A stretch of DNA of 64,000 bases, taken from assembly GCF_018350175.1 (NCBI RefSeq), contig NC_058373.1:113214001-113278000 (forward strand), written 5' to 3'. Made by a program: the position numbers and the translations under genes. Within the stretch, counting starts at the first letter, position 1, and every line of letters begins with the position of its first letter. Positions 24,054-36,739 of this stretch are shown here, in pieces. The DNA comes from Felis catus (Eukaryota). The notes beneath the pieces are model-generated. The model saw nothing but the letters and a program-made list of their open reading frames with translations, did no database searches and was not told the origin of the DNA.

Positions 24054-25303
24054 AATGTCAGGTCAAAGCAGATGTAGGGATTTACAAGCATTTTGACTCT
24101 CACATGAGAAGGTGTATCACTTCCTAGAAGGAAGTAGAGGGACCAGGCTCACTTGGACTCCAAAGAAACATCCAGATGTAGGAAGTGCATCCAGGAACCA
24201 GTTTACATGGGTCTCTGAGAGCTGATTCAGCCGACAGGGTATCAGATGTTGAAATGAGCTGCAAACACCCAGTAGGTAGCTCCCACTTTGAGGACACACC
24301 AGTTCATGCCAGAGTCAGGGAGGTGGGAAGAGGAAAGCATTCTTGGTTCAGGAGTCATGCAGGGTGTCTAAGTGAGGCAAGTGAGGCAAGAAAGGCCCTT
24401 GCCTCAGACACAAACTTCAATGTGGTGCCAACAACACTTACAAATCAAGATGAATGATCTCATAATGCAATATTTTTAAAAAATCAAATTGGTAAACGAA
24501 GGCACTGGCTGTCATGTTGGAATCAGGGCTGGGATTAGGGCAAGGCCAGAGGCAAAGGTAATGTGAGGTTCTCTGATGTCAGAAGAGTCTTGCATAACAA
24601 AGGCCAGTCCCACCCAGAATGCCAATAGCACCTCTGTGGACTAACACCAAACAGCATTACAATCCATTTTCCAAATTCAGAATTCAGAATCTTTTAGATT
24701 TTCTAAGAAGTAGTATAGAACACAATCCATGCATTACGTAATACCCACAGCAGGGTCTGGGGCAGCACCCTCAAGTAAACACATAAACATTTTTGTGGCC
24801 ACATCTATGAATAGTCACACTCTGCACAGCAGATAAGTCAGATCAGGTTTTGCCATTACAGGAGTTAAAGAAAAGCTTTTGGTTTTTGAATGTTTTGGAT
24901 TTTCAAACTTCAGATAAAGGAGTGTGGGCCTTAATGGCATTACATTAGGTCTCTCAAAGATAAAAGGCAGCAGATTGGACCCAACCTTTTGTTAAAACTT
25001 GTGCAGAATAGAACACTGCAAAGTCCTCACTGGTGATCACCCAGAAGAAGGTGATTTCTAAAAGTCAGTCAAACTCAGAGCAGACTTACAGCAGCATTTC
25101 CCATCAGTCAACCAACTGATAGTAAATCCATTTTGTGTGTAAAACCCTGGGCAGAATCCTGGGAGGTAAAAAGACATACAAGACACAGTTCCAGCCCTCA
25201 AGAGCTTGAAAGATTAGTGGGGACAAGAAGGTAAACATAAATCATGATACACTGAAACTGAAGGGAGTTAATCCACACCCACAGTTTAAAAATGTCGAAA
25301 CCA

Positions 25304-25668
25304 TTAGTGGGTGGGAGGGGGGATGGGTTAAATGGGTGATGGGTACTAAGGAGAGCACTTGTGATGAGCACTGGGTGTTGTATTAAATGATGAGTCACTA
25401 AATTCCACACTTCAGAAGAGATTCATAAATATGGAGAACAAACTGAGGGTTACTGGAGGGGTTGTGGGAGAGGGGATGGGCTAAATGGGTAAGGGGCATT
25501 AAGGAATCTACTCCTGAAATCACTGTTGCACTATATGCTAACTAATTTGGATGTAAATTTTTTAAAGAATAAAAAATGAAAATAAAAAATAATAACTAAA
25601 TTCCACACCTAAAACTAATGTTTCACCATATGTTAACTAAGTGGAATTTAAACAAAAACTTGGAGAAA
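25304..25668 (+). mobile_element. Short carnivore L1 3'UTR fragment containing a second L1 3' fragment (25411-25594)
   Basis: Outer TSD aaaaatgt(c/t)gaaacca at 25288-25303 and 25669-25684; inner TSD actaaattccacac at 25397-25410 and 25595-25608. Confidence 0.9.
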
Positions 25669-26179
25669 AAAAATGTTGAAACCAAGGTTCAGAGAGGTCT
25701 CAGGTCTCACATAAGTTAGCAAAGTTAGCAACAGGCATTTCATGGCACAGATCAGAATCTGGGTTTGCTAACTGCCCTCCACTGCTCTTTGCCGAAAAGC
25801 ACATAATAAACTGCCAATTTAGTGATGAAATTCCAAGAGGAGTATAAGATCCCAGCTGAAGTGGTTTGGGTCCAATATACCTTTGCAGCAAAGATGAGGT
25901 CTGACTTTGGAAAAGGACTTTGATTTGGGGAGGCAGAAAAGCAGAGGGCCCTCTGGGCAGGGAAACAATATATGGGCAGGGTAGCCATGCAAGAGTATGA
26001 GCCTCCTGTAAAGGACATAGAAGGAGCTATTGGGAAAGGGAAAGGGAAAGGCAGTGCATGGAGACCTTGAATGCCGGAATGAAGAACCTACGCTGATGCC
26101 CCTAAGGCAGCATTTGCCAACCGTTTGCTTTCCACCTCATGACTTGCCATGACTGCCCACCACCCTTGTGGGCAGACAG

Positions 26180-26415
26180 AGTGGAGTGGTTTAAAAGAGC
26201 ATGCTCTGGGCTCAGATTCTTTCCATCTGAATCCTGGCTCTGATGCCAACTGTGTGACCTTGGACAAGCTGTTAGACCTCTCTTTGTTCAGTTTACTCAT
26301 TTGTAGGATAGAAATAATATAAGTGTCTCTCCCATGAGGGTTAAATGAAAGAGCATGTTTATGGTACTGAAAACAGTACCCTGCATTAGGAGTACTCAGT
26401 TAAGTGTTAGCTGTT
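26180..26415 (+). mobile_element. MIR SINE
   Basis: tgtgtgaccttggacaag...cagtttactcatttgtag core and MIR 3' end. Confidence 0.8.
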
Positions 26416-28597
26416 GTTAACTATTTTTATTTAAGTTAAAATTTTAGTTTACTATGTACTGCAGCTGTATCCTGAGCAATAGTAGCCATGAAGTCACGGA
26501 CTTCTCATGACAGTTATGGTTTTGATGACACACATATATCAGGAGGTTGAATCTAAAGTCCTAATTAAGGCACTGAGGATAGCAGGTCTGACACTTCCAA
26601 GCCCGTGAGAGGGGCTTCAACAGGACGGCTCAGGAAGCTTGATGTCTGACCCTGCAACTAGGAGGGCATCTGCCTGGCACAGGACCAGCATCTAATCACC
26701 ACCTGAGGCACATAAGGTGAGAGACACAGACTGGCCATTTGCTATCAGAGGAGCCAAGGCAGACGGCTGAGCTGGGGGTTCAGCCTGCATTCCCAGCTTC
26801 ACTGCACCAAAGGCCACACAATTTCTTCTTCTGGCTAATGGGGCCACATGCAAGAGAAGGCTGGCACGAGACCAGAGCAGGTCTTGTCCAAGAGGGCCAG
26901 GTGGACAGACTGCAGGACCTTAGCTGGAAGAGGCTGGAGGCAAATGACTGGGTTTTAGGAGCTGAGGAAAGAACAATCATCTAGAATAGAAAGGAAAATT
27001 TGCTCTTTTCAAGACAACTGGAAGTGACTGATCCTAGCAAGTGGTGGGGGAGGACTCTCTGAGAAACCCATGAATGTGGCCATAAAGGAGAATCAGCACT
27101 ACATACCTGCTCTGCCCAGGAAGCTGGAAGCCAGCAGACCACAGGCCTGGCTAAGTGAGCCCTTTCCTGTCCCTCCCAGTCCAGTGACAAAGGACTGGAC
27201 ATATTAACTACTGATCTGAGACTACGTTTTGTGACTTAAAGTGACCACAGGACCTTCTAACGCCCCAGAATGACCCAAAAAGTTATGGGGTCTGACTGAG
27301 TTTTCATTCCAAGGCCGGGAAAGAATGAATCCCACTGAATAAGCATAAAAGGACAGTGGAAGACAAAATAAAGTCACTTTGTAAGTACACCCCCGATGAG
27401 TCTTGTTTCTTTACACTCATTAGAAACATAGCTATTAAAATGAAATGTTTTGTCCCTATACCAACTGAAACATCAGTTTCTAATTAGTTTCTAACATCTC
27501 TCACATTCCCAGTGGTATGGTAACCACCACTGGAAATAACTGGTATACGGGCAGTAAGGAGTTAAGGGGGAAAGCAAGGCAGGCAGAGGCAGAACCTACC
27601 ATTGGTTTGGTAGGTTCAGTGGGAACTCATTTGCTCCTCAACCTTGAATACGATTAAATGAAAATAGATGTTGTACCAATGGATAGCAGAATCCAAGGAT
27701 CCTTGGACAAATGGCATTGTTCAATGGGAAATCAAGATGGCCCAATTCCATGAAGAAAAAAGCTGTGACTCCCTGAGTTCCTAAGCTGGGCTTCCAGGCA
27801 GAGTGAAGGCAGAAAGAGGAAGCATGTTCTCACTAACACTGAGTCACCTGGAAAGCATCAGCCAAAGTCCCCAGGTCCTGGAGGCTTAGGGGGGATCCTG
27901 GGTTGAAACAGGCCCTGGAGTCTGCCAAATCCAAGTGCAGAATGTGAAATATACACCAATACACAACTTCCCTGCTGCCTTCACTTGGGAACAATTGGAG
28001 GATGAGGGGAGTGTGAAGTTTAAGTTTTAAGACAAGATAAAAGGGATGCTCCCCTCAGTTTAGGGGATGGTGTATACAGGGTAAAAAGATGCCACCTCTT
28101 AGCTGCCTGACTTAAATGGTCAAAGGAGGAATGACCTGACCCAGTCCCGCTTTACAAGACGGGACTTGCTCCTGCACTGACTTTGTCCCTTAATTTCCAA
28201 GTTGGCTTCTTTCTCCTTCAACTCCACCTCTGTTCTCCCAGCTCTGACTTCCTACAATTCCAGACCAGCTAAGTTATTTCCGAAGAAAGGACCAAATTAT
28301 CCAGACTCTACTGGATCAGCCAGCTTTATTGCTGGAGGACATATTATAGAACCTCTCTTCCAACATTCTCATTTTACATATAAGGAAACTAAAAGCCAAA
28401 GCACTCACACCATGTGCCCAGAGCCACTGAGCTGAGAGAACCCAAATGCCTGCTCCATTATACACCATCATGCTAACTTTCAAAGAGAGGTAAGCTTACC
28501 TCCATGGGCCACCATCTCAACCTTCATTCCTCTTCCACAAACACCTCAAAATGATAGAAGAGTTCTAATTAACTTGCATGGGCAGGAGGGTGGGGAG

Positions 28598-28805
28598 GGG
28601 GGCGCTGCCTGGGTGGCTCACTCAGTTAAGCATCTGACTTTTGATTTTGGCTCAGGTCATGATCTCACAGTTTGTGAGATCAAGCGCTGCACTGGACTCC
28701 ACGCTGACCGTGTGGCGCATGCTTGGGATTCTCTTTCTTCCCTCTCTCTCCACCCCTCCCCAACTCTCTCTCTCTTTTTCAAAAATAAATACATAAACTT
28801 AAAAA
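28598..28805 (+). mobile_element. CAN-SINE
   Basis: gcctgggtggctcactcagttaag head, CT tract, A tail; TSD aattaacttgc at 28567-28577 and 28806-28816. Confidence 0.9.
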
Positions 28806-29444
28806 AATTAACTTGCCTAGAACAAACAAGGATGAAAATGAGGAGAACCACCTCAATGAACTAGCTGGTCACTTTGAAGGGAGTAATCAGTGGCCACAAA
28901 TACTTTCTCGGAAGAACAGGATAGTCCAATGCTTGGTACGCTTTGAAGAATATACCTGGGACCTCAGAGTCATAATCAGGTCTCCACAGCCGGACTATAA
29001 TGATGAGCAGAGGAAGGTCCAGAAACCAGGTTGGAGGATGCGATCTGGAGTCGAGCATCTGCAAAGGTAAGCTGTTATGACTAGTGGCAGTAGGGTGACA
29101 GAAAATGCTGCCCAGAGAGTCTGTTAAGCGAGAGAACAATTTTGGCATCAAAATGAAATGGGGTTTATGAGATATATTCTTATGCCAAGCAGAAAGTCTG
29201 TTCCCCTTATAGTAACTCCCAGGCCATCTGGTCTACTTCCTCAGTGCAGGGTACCAACATCTCTCTCCTTCCTGAACATTCACTGGGATGTTGTTTTTCA
29301 AATAAGAATCTACTTCCATCTCCTTTTAACTAGCTGTGTTTACTCCACATCAGCTCTCCTTCTTATGTCTAACACTATCTCCACATTCACCTTCTCCTCA
29401 ACATTTGTTCCATCCTTTGATCCAAAGTTATAGAATGCAATAGA

Positions 29445-29640
29445 ATCAGACTGATCTCGGTTCAAATCCCAGTTTGGACACTTGCTAGCTGTGTGACACG
29501 TGCAATCACTTTATCTTTCAGAGCCACAGTTTTTCCAGCTGTAAAATGAAGATAATTAATAGTAGCTATCTCAATGCTGTGAGAAAAAGAGAACTTATGT
29601 CAAGTGCTTAGCCCAAGGCCTGGCATACAGTAAGTATGGT
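29445..29640 (+). mobile_element. MIR SINE
   Basis: ggttcaaatccc...ctagctgtgtgac...ctgtaaaatgaagataat...gcctggcatacagtaag. Confidence 0.75.
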
Positions 29641-32600
29641 GGCTGACACTGTTATCGTTCTTGTGATCACTGAAGCCAGCTGAAGCTCCATTTGTGGAAT
29701 TAAGGCTCAGAGGGCTGCAATTGGCTGTCCAAGGTCACACAAGTGAGCCAGGGAGGGATCCAAAATTCCCTGATTCTGGAAGCCTTTGCCAATCATCAGC
29801 TCCTGCACAAACGACATCATTGCCCAATGACCTAGAAATCTGAGTATCTGATCACATCCAAGTACCACAGCTGATGATTTAACAAGCACTCACCATGTGC
29901 TAGAAAACGGATCAGGCTCTATGAAAGCCTCAAGGCATCTATAGGTCAGCGTAAGAAAGCCATCTCCTTGTTTGTAACAGGTAAAAACACAATTACAACA
30001 CAAAAATCTGAAGCTGCTCCTGGTGTTACCCAGTGCCGACAATATTTCTCGTCCATGTTTAAGAGGGTAGTTGAAAGTAAGACCAATGCCCTGGATACCT
30101 TACCCCTGGCTTTGGAAAGGCCTCTTTGGGAATGAGAGGGAGGGGGAACCTACAGACTAGAATGGGGTCTGGCCAACGCAAGCTATAAAAAAAGAAGATA
30201 GGGGTCGACAATAGGCTAAAAATAGGTCCCTGCCATTGCTCCAAAGAACAGCGATTATTGTCTCTAAGGTGGGCTTCTTGCTGCACCAGGGCCTGTCCCT
30301 CCATTGACCGTGCAAGCACTGAAACCGTGGGGCCCAGGAAGCACATTTTATCTTGAAGCATGAATCACCCTTCAGAAGTCCAGAAAAGAATCCTCTCTTT
30401 GTGGCTCTTCAATCTCCTTCTTGGCTGGCATCCCTAGATCCTCAGGGCTGGTATCAAGGCCTTATGAAAATTCAGGGTGAGTGACCTTTCTGATGGAAAC
30501 AGACCATTCCAGAAACTCATGTGACGGGTTGCCTCTTAAAAACTGAAAAGAAACAATGAATGAACAAACCAGCTAGAAAGCATTCATCATTCAAGTCCAA
30601 CTGCGGAAGCAGTCAGAAATGGCTAATCCAGTGTGTTCTGAATGCGGGGCTCCCAAAGTAGAAAGGAATGGCAGCAAGTGCTCTCAGATTATGCCTCCTG
30701 ATCTATTAGATCTCCCTACATTAGGTAAGGATTTGACAATGTGAGTCTTATTTTTTTAAACTGTTGTACTTCTAAAGGATGGAGCAGCAGGAAGGAGCAT
30801 TCTGAGACCCAAGTCTTGTCCATGTAGACTGTTGGCCCTAATTTCAAGGATGCTGTCCCTTCTACGATACCAGTCACACTAGAGCCAAGAGCCCTGAAAG
30901 GATATCAAACCCTCTGTTGGGGAGCCAGCAGAGTAAAGGATAATGGGGAGCTGGATGTTCAGAAATTGGCAATAGCTTTGGTTACTCCGCAGATTGCCAG
31001 ACAGGACTGTGACTGACCCCAAAGATAGAAGCACCAACATCAGAGGAGGGTAGAAAGCTACCTTTCAGAGCCATCCTTTGAAGGAGCAGGGGAGCAATAC
31101 CACTCTGTGACCTCAACCCCACGAAATTTATATATAGGAGGATTGATGTTAAAATGAACATTGAGGACAGCCTTAGGGTGGAGGAGGGTGGGAGCCCACA
31201 CCTGCAGGAGGGGTGTGAGCACAGGGAAAGGAGCAGGCCCTCCTTTTCATCTGGGGATGAGACATTACTTATTCAGCTTCAGCTCTATCTATGGATGTGA
31301 GTTGCAGGGGTAAAAGCCACTTCCTTTTCCTTAAATCACAGCAGCATGGAGCATCCCACAGTGCAAAGTCTGAAGCACATGTACATCTAAAACCAAACAC
31401 ATGGGCACCCAAACTTCATCTTCATCTCATAATGAAAAAATATAAAGTTATTAGGGTCTCCTCTAGTACCTGAGCCTAAAACACCATTAGATCCCAGGAA
31501 AGGAAAACTCGCCCAACACAGACATTCACACACAGCCACTGTGCTCTCAGTGTGACTCAGTTTTCCTCAAGGGAAACCATAACCAAAAGTGTTGCCTCCT
31601 AGCCCTTTCCCAGAAATCCGCTCCCACTTTACTTTTAAAATACAATGTCTCTGGTTTCTGAGAGGTGGTGGTGGAGAAGGCCTGGCCAGAAAGGCTGTAT
31701 TTCTTCCTGTTCGGAACAGCAGAATCCCTTCTGACGTTCCCTCCTTAGCCAGGTGTTACCACAAAGGGAGCTGAGAGTTTGCCAAGTCAGAAATCACCAC
31801 ACCTTAAAAGGAATGTGCTTGCAATGAAAGAAAAAAACAGAAAGAAAGAAAAGAAAAAGAAAACCCAAAACGCCCTTATCTATAAATTGGGAGTGAGGGG
31901 AGGAGCTAGGAGGAAAGTAAAGGGATATAAATTTGAAAATAGCCAGGCCGTGCAAGGGTTAGATTTCCCTTCCCTCAAGGACAGCCAGATCTGATACGGT
32001 CTCTGATAAGACCAAACGGCTTCGCCTTACCGCCCGTACCCAGGTCTCAACTTATAACATCAGAGTCCCCAACATCATTGGAGACCCTTCTCAGAGCTTG
32101 GAAGGGGACTTCCACTGACGTCCAGGCTAGACACTGTCTAACCAGGAAAAATCCTACTAGGAAGGAGCTCGAAGATACCTGGAAAGCAGAGACAGACAGA
32201 AAAACACTTGCGGCCTGTGTGCTTCTGATTAAAAACTACACTTTTACAACCAACGCTGAGCTTTGTCCATCACAAAAGCTGTAATTTAGCCCTTTCCTGC
32301 AAAATGACATCTTTCCCTTTAGAAACAATATATAAGTCTGATACAAATGAAATAAACACAGTACAAGTTTCCCTAATTCATTTAACATCTTTCAAGGACC
32401 CAAGGCTCTTAAATCACTTTACAAATTGTAAAACTTCATGCCTCATCGCCTTAAGAGAGGGAGTCAGGGGAGTATCATTTTCCCATCTTACTGTCAGTAC
32501 ATCTGAGGAACACCATGGAATAGCCCTTCTCTCACCACTGGGGGTGGGGAGGTCAGGCCTCTATATCATTACTCTCAGCTCTGAATAAATAGCTTGGGAT

Positions 32601-33031
32601 AAACCCAGTGGGGGGCTAAGCAATAATCAACCCTGCCCATTTAGAGGAGAAAGGTCCCTACAAGTGGGCCGGTGGTGTTCTCTGGTCTAGCACCTGCACC
32701 TGACTTCAGCCATAACTTCCAGGGCCACAGATCTATGGTTCAGAGGACTCCATTTTCTCCTGCTACCCTTTACTGGTCTTGGACCCTCCCTTACTCCAGT
32801 GCCTTTGAGTGGCCAAAGTCAACACTAAATCAGCTCGTCATCTGGCCTCCAAGGACCTGTTGTCTCCCAGTTACCCATCTCTCTCCCCAAATACCAAGCC
32901 TTGGGGTGGAAGGCCAAACCTCATCCCAGCCCGCCCCTCCATGTCTCTAGAGTAACACGGCCCACCCTGACCCAAATACTTGTATCATTAGCCCATTTAC
33001 AGGAGCAAGCAAGAGTCACCCAACAGTCCAG

Positions 33032-33067
33032 CCCCCATCCCCACCCCCACCCCCACCCCCACCCCCA
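33032..33067. repeat. (CCCCAC)n hexamer repeat, G-quadruplex-prone on the minus strand
   Basis: Six C4 runs separated by 2-nt loops. Confidence 0.85.
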
Positions 33068-34770
33068 GTGCCTTCTGTCTCCACAGGCAAGCAGATGTAG
33101 CACTGCCTTGCAACCAGGGGGAAAACTCGACTCTCAAAGGTCTGTCCTTTCTAAGACGAAGAAAGGCAAGGGGCAGTCCTGTCACACATGGAAGCCAGTG
33201 GTCATATGCAAACCAGCATGGGGCTGGAGACACCTCATTCCTTGAGACACAAGGTCAGGGACCAGGGATCTGGATCCTGGCCCATTTGTTCTACAGAGAG
33301 AAACACAGTATACCACCCTCAGGGGAAGCCATTCAGCCCTCACCTTCACCCCTCTTCCTGGTTATAGCAAAGAGGGAAACCCAGGCCTCCCGATGATCAA
33401 AGTCTGAAGACCATTGTTAACAGCTCATTTGTTAGTAGGTGCTCAAAACACATGAGAATTGGCGAGCAGAGCCCCCAAGGTTACATTGGCACTGCTCTCT
33501 GGGGCCCTGTTCTCTCTCTCCAGGGAGGGTTTGAAGCGGTATCAGAACAACCTGCCACCCTAAACTCTGTACCTGAGGCAACCACACATATCTCCGAGGA
33601 AACCTCGGAAAAAGTCCCAGGAAGGAAGGAAAGGGGGTCAGCTTCTGACTGGGCACAGAAAGAGGGAAAAGAAGACACCTGGGAAAGAGGCCAATGTCTC
33701 CCTGCCCTTGCCATGAACAGGGCTGTAATGGTCCCCATCTCAATCCTGCATTTCCCACCAAGGACTGGAAATCAGAAAGGGCAAACAGAGAGCTGGCGGC
33801 CAGGGGGCTGGGCTGGGGGCCCCAGGGCACTGACTCGGAGAAGGGAGGACACCTAGGTGTGCAGTCCACCATCACCCAGTTTTTCCATTCACCCTCGGGA
33901 GAAGGCGGCAGGGTTATCTAGGCACGGTTCCATCCCTTTCAGCAAAGTCCTCAGCCTCAGATTCAGGAGGGTCGGTGTTTCCCACTCCCATGCCCTGGCT
34001 TCCTAGCTTCCACTCAAACTGGCGCCCCCTCTGCACTCCCGAGGCGGCCTCGGAGGTGCTCTCCTCCCGGAGGAAGGGGGATATCAACCTTCCGGGGCCA
34101 GACATCCCCGGCTGCCTCCATCCCCTCGCACCTCCCCGATACCCCTTTGTTTCAGGCGGGGAAAGTTGCCAACGTGCACCCCTTCCCCAACACGCCCCCT
34201 TGTGCGCCCATCCCCCGCAGGGAATCCAAGCCCGGGCGCACCTTCCGATCTGCGGCTCGCTCTCGAGCCGGGGCAGACGCTTCGAAACCGAAAGCAAAGA
34301 GGAAGCAGGATCCGGCAGCACCCCCAGCCCGGTCGCCCGGTCTTCCCATCACCGCACCATCCCCGGGCCCCCCGCACTCGGCGCTGGAGCCCCGCGCGGC
34401 CACCTCAACGGGCGGCAGAAAGGCCTCTCTGCGGGCTTCGGGGGCACCTACCGGTGCGGGGCCGAAGCTGCGGGCAAGGGCAGGGCAGGGCCGGCCGCCC
34501 GCCGGGTGCAGGTGCGGCCAGGAGCGCCGTCTCCCGGGCTCGCTCCCGCTCCTCCTCCCGCGCCGGGACTCGGGGCGCTCTCCTGCGCCGCCGCTCCCCG
34601 CCCCCACGCCCGGAGCTCGGGCTCCCCCCGCGTCGAGTTGCCGGCGGTGCCTCCCCCACGCCGCCGGCCCTCCCGCGCCGCGCCTACTCCCGCATTGTAT
34701 GCCGGCGCCCGCCGTAGCGGCGCGGGGCCCGGGGGGCTGCAGCCGCCGCTGCCCGGGCCGAACGGAGCCC

Positions 34771-34771
<1 letters not shown>

Positions 34772-34810
<39 letters not shown>
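34772..34810. repeat. (CGG)13 / (CCG)13 trinucleotide repeat
   Basis: 39 nt of uninterrupted CGG counted directly, beginning about 10 nt into intron 1 of the minus-strand gene. Confidence 0.97.
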
Positions 34811-34812
<2 letters not shown>

Positions 34813-34820
34813 GCACTCAC

Positions 34821-35010
34821 CCATAGTACGGATGCGGTGCAAACTGCACATGCTCGCGTCTGACAGGCGCGCTGCCTCCGGCCCCGCTTAACTCCTTGCT
34901 CGCCTGCTAGCCGGCTGGGTCCGCTGCCCCGCCGACCCCGCCGCCTCCCGCGCAGCCAGGAGTCGGCCGCACCCTGGGCGCCTGGAAGCGCGCCATCGGC
35001 CGAGGCCATG
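34821..35010 (-). other. Putative first exon of unidentified minus-strand gene (5' boundary/TSS uncertain)
   Basis: Plus strand 'cactcac|ccat' = minus ATGG|GTGAGTG donor; exon ends at 34821. ATGs at 35009 (GCCATGG, 63 codons, phase 0), 34851 (MCSLHRIRTM+G, phase 1) and 34824 (ATG G, phase 1). Coding status unresolved. Confidence 0.65.
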
Positions 35011-36739
35011 GCGCAGGTGGCTGCAGTGCAGAGCTGCTCGGCCCTCCCGGCCCCTGCCACCCCGCCTGCATCCGAGGTGTCCACAGGAGCCCGGCGGAGA
35101 GGACTAACTCGGGACCCTCACCTCCTAGCCTGTAGGAGTTGTGGGGACGGCGCGTGCTGACACCCCCTGTGGGGATCCTGCAGGTCTTGGCCACCTGAGC
35201 GCCACGGACCACGTGGTGTTGCAGACCTACTCTGTGTTGGCATTGTGCTGCGCGCTATCCATTCGTTGAATCAGCCCTGCAAGGTCATTTTTATCATCCC
35301 CATTCTCAAGATGAAGAAACTGAGGCCTGTGGAAATTAAGGAATTTGCCTGAGGCAGGGCCGGAAGCTCCAAGACCCACAATTTGATCTATACTGAAAAG
35401 ATTAAACACAGGATGTTCTTTCTGAGGTCACTCTAGATTCTTCTCTTGGACGGTGGAAAATAATGGATGTCATCTGGAAAGCCTGGAGATTCTGGATATG
35501 GATCTTGGGAAGTGGGTGAGAGGGTCCTGATGTGAGACAGGCCCTTCAGACAGGTCCCAGGTCCCGCAGAAAGACTGAGCAGGAGTAGGAATGTAATTGA
35601 ACCCCTATGCCAACTCCAAGCCTCAGTTCTGGCACTGGGTATGGCAGCCAAGAGGAAAGGACATTTAAAAAAATTTATAGGTAATGCCCCCTGGAGCTGT
35701 CCTTTTGTAAACAGTCTACCCTAAGGGGGCCAGTGTCTTTTTCTCATACTCACACAGACCTTAGGTGTGCCTAGGCCTGATTTCTCCTAGCCCTCCTAAC
35801 CCTGTTTTCCCACCTGCCACAGTGACAAGAGTTCTCCCAGGCCCAGGGCAGCAATGAGTCTTGAAAGAAAAGGAAACTGAGGTGCATCCAGTGGATTTGC
35901 CACATCCTGGGTGAGAAGCTGGGCTGCTTTCCTACTATCTGAACCTAATCTGATCCTATTCTCCTAATTGCCTAATGAGGCCATTGCTCCACCAACTTCC
36001 TGTCCCTGGCCAGGATATTCAAAGATCAACAAAAGTGCGTCCAACTAGGGGTGGGCAGTGTGGACAAGGAGTTCTAAGGCCATCCCATACACACCTAGTT
36101 CTTGGGCTGGCTGAGTCATTCTTTGCAGAAGGAAAGCACTGGGGTTCGATGAGGCAGAAAGAGTTATATTGGATTTCTCAAGCCATGTGTTGTCAGTAGC
36201 AAGAGCTCTTGACTTCCCAAAGTTAGTTTCCTCCTTCATAAGTATGTTGTGATGACCCAGTGAGATAGTGCATGTACTGTCCTCAGTATGCAGTGGACCT
36301 TTGATAACAGGAAAGTGTTTTCTGAAGGGGGGAGGGGGTAAGGCAGGGAGTGGGGAGAAGGGATCAGGGCTACGGCAAGCCATGTAGGCTGTCCCTGGAA
36401 CACTATCAGAGAGGCAAGAGACAGCCCCCTCTCAGGAACACCTTGGCAAGAAGTGGCTTCAGTTAGTCTGACAGCAAAGCTTACCTACTGAAGAGGGACC
36501 TTCCCTGTGCCCTCTTGCCTCTGAAGCCTAGTTCTCCCGCTCTGCTTCTCAATCTGTGTCTGGTAGTTGACTCGGTTCCCTCCCTGACTCTGGGAGGCAG
36601 CATTGCACAAGAAAGCATGATGGGCTGTTAAGGCAGAAGATCTGAATTCCGGGTGACTTACCCATTTAGCACAGTATGTGCAGTGCCTTGTGCCCATAAT
36701 GTTTTAGGGCTCACAAAAATGTTTACATTTCTTTTAAAA

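Larger units (their letters stand above)
33950..35220 (-). promoter_or_regulatory. CpG island promoter / first-exon region of a minus-strand gene
   Basis: Abrupt very GC- and CpG-rich block in CpG-depleted flanks, with GC boxes and a canonical minus-strand 5' splice site (ATGG|GTGAGT). Confidence 0.85.

Noticed and set aside
5160..33698. 16-bp inverted match GAAAGAGGCCAATGTC at 5160-5175 and 33683-33698
   Set aside because: Of the order of one such match is expected by chance in a 64-kb self-comparison (64000^2/4^16 is about 1).
34830..34856. Hairpin superficially like an iron-responsive element
   Set aside because: Loop is not CAGUGN and there is no correct C-bulge/5-bp stem geometry.
33914..35212. 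Long overlapping ORFs (238-310 aa) on both strands, including poly-Ala/Pro/Gly
   Set aside because: Stop codons are rare in GC-rich CpG islands. The frames read through a splice donor and the CGG repeat, and no domain is recognisable.
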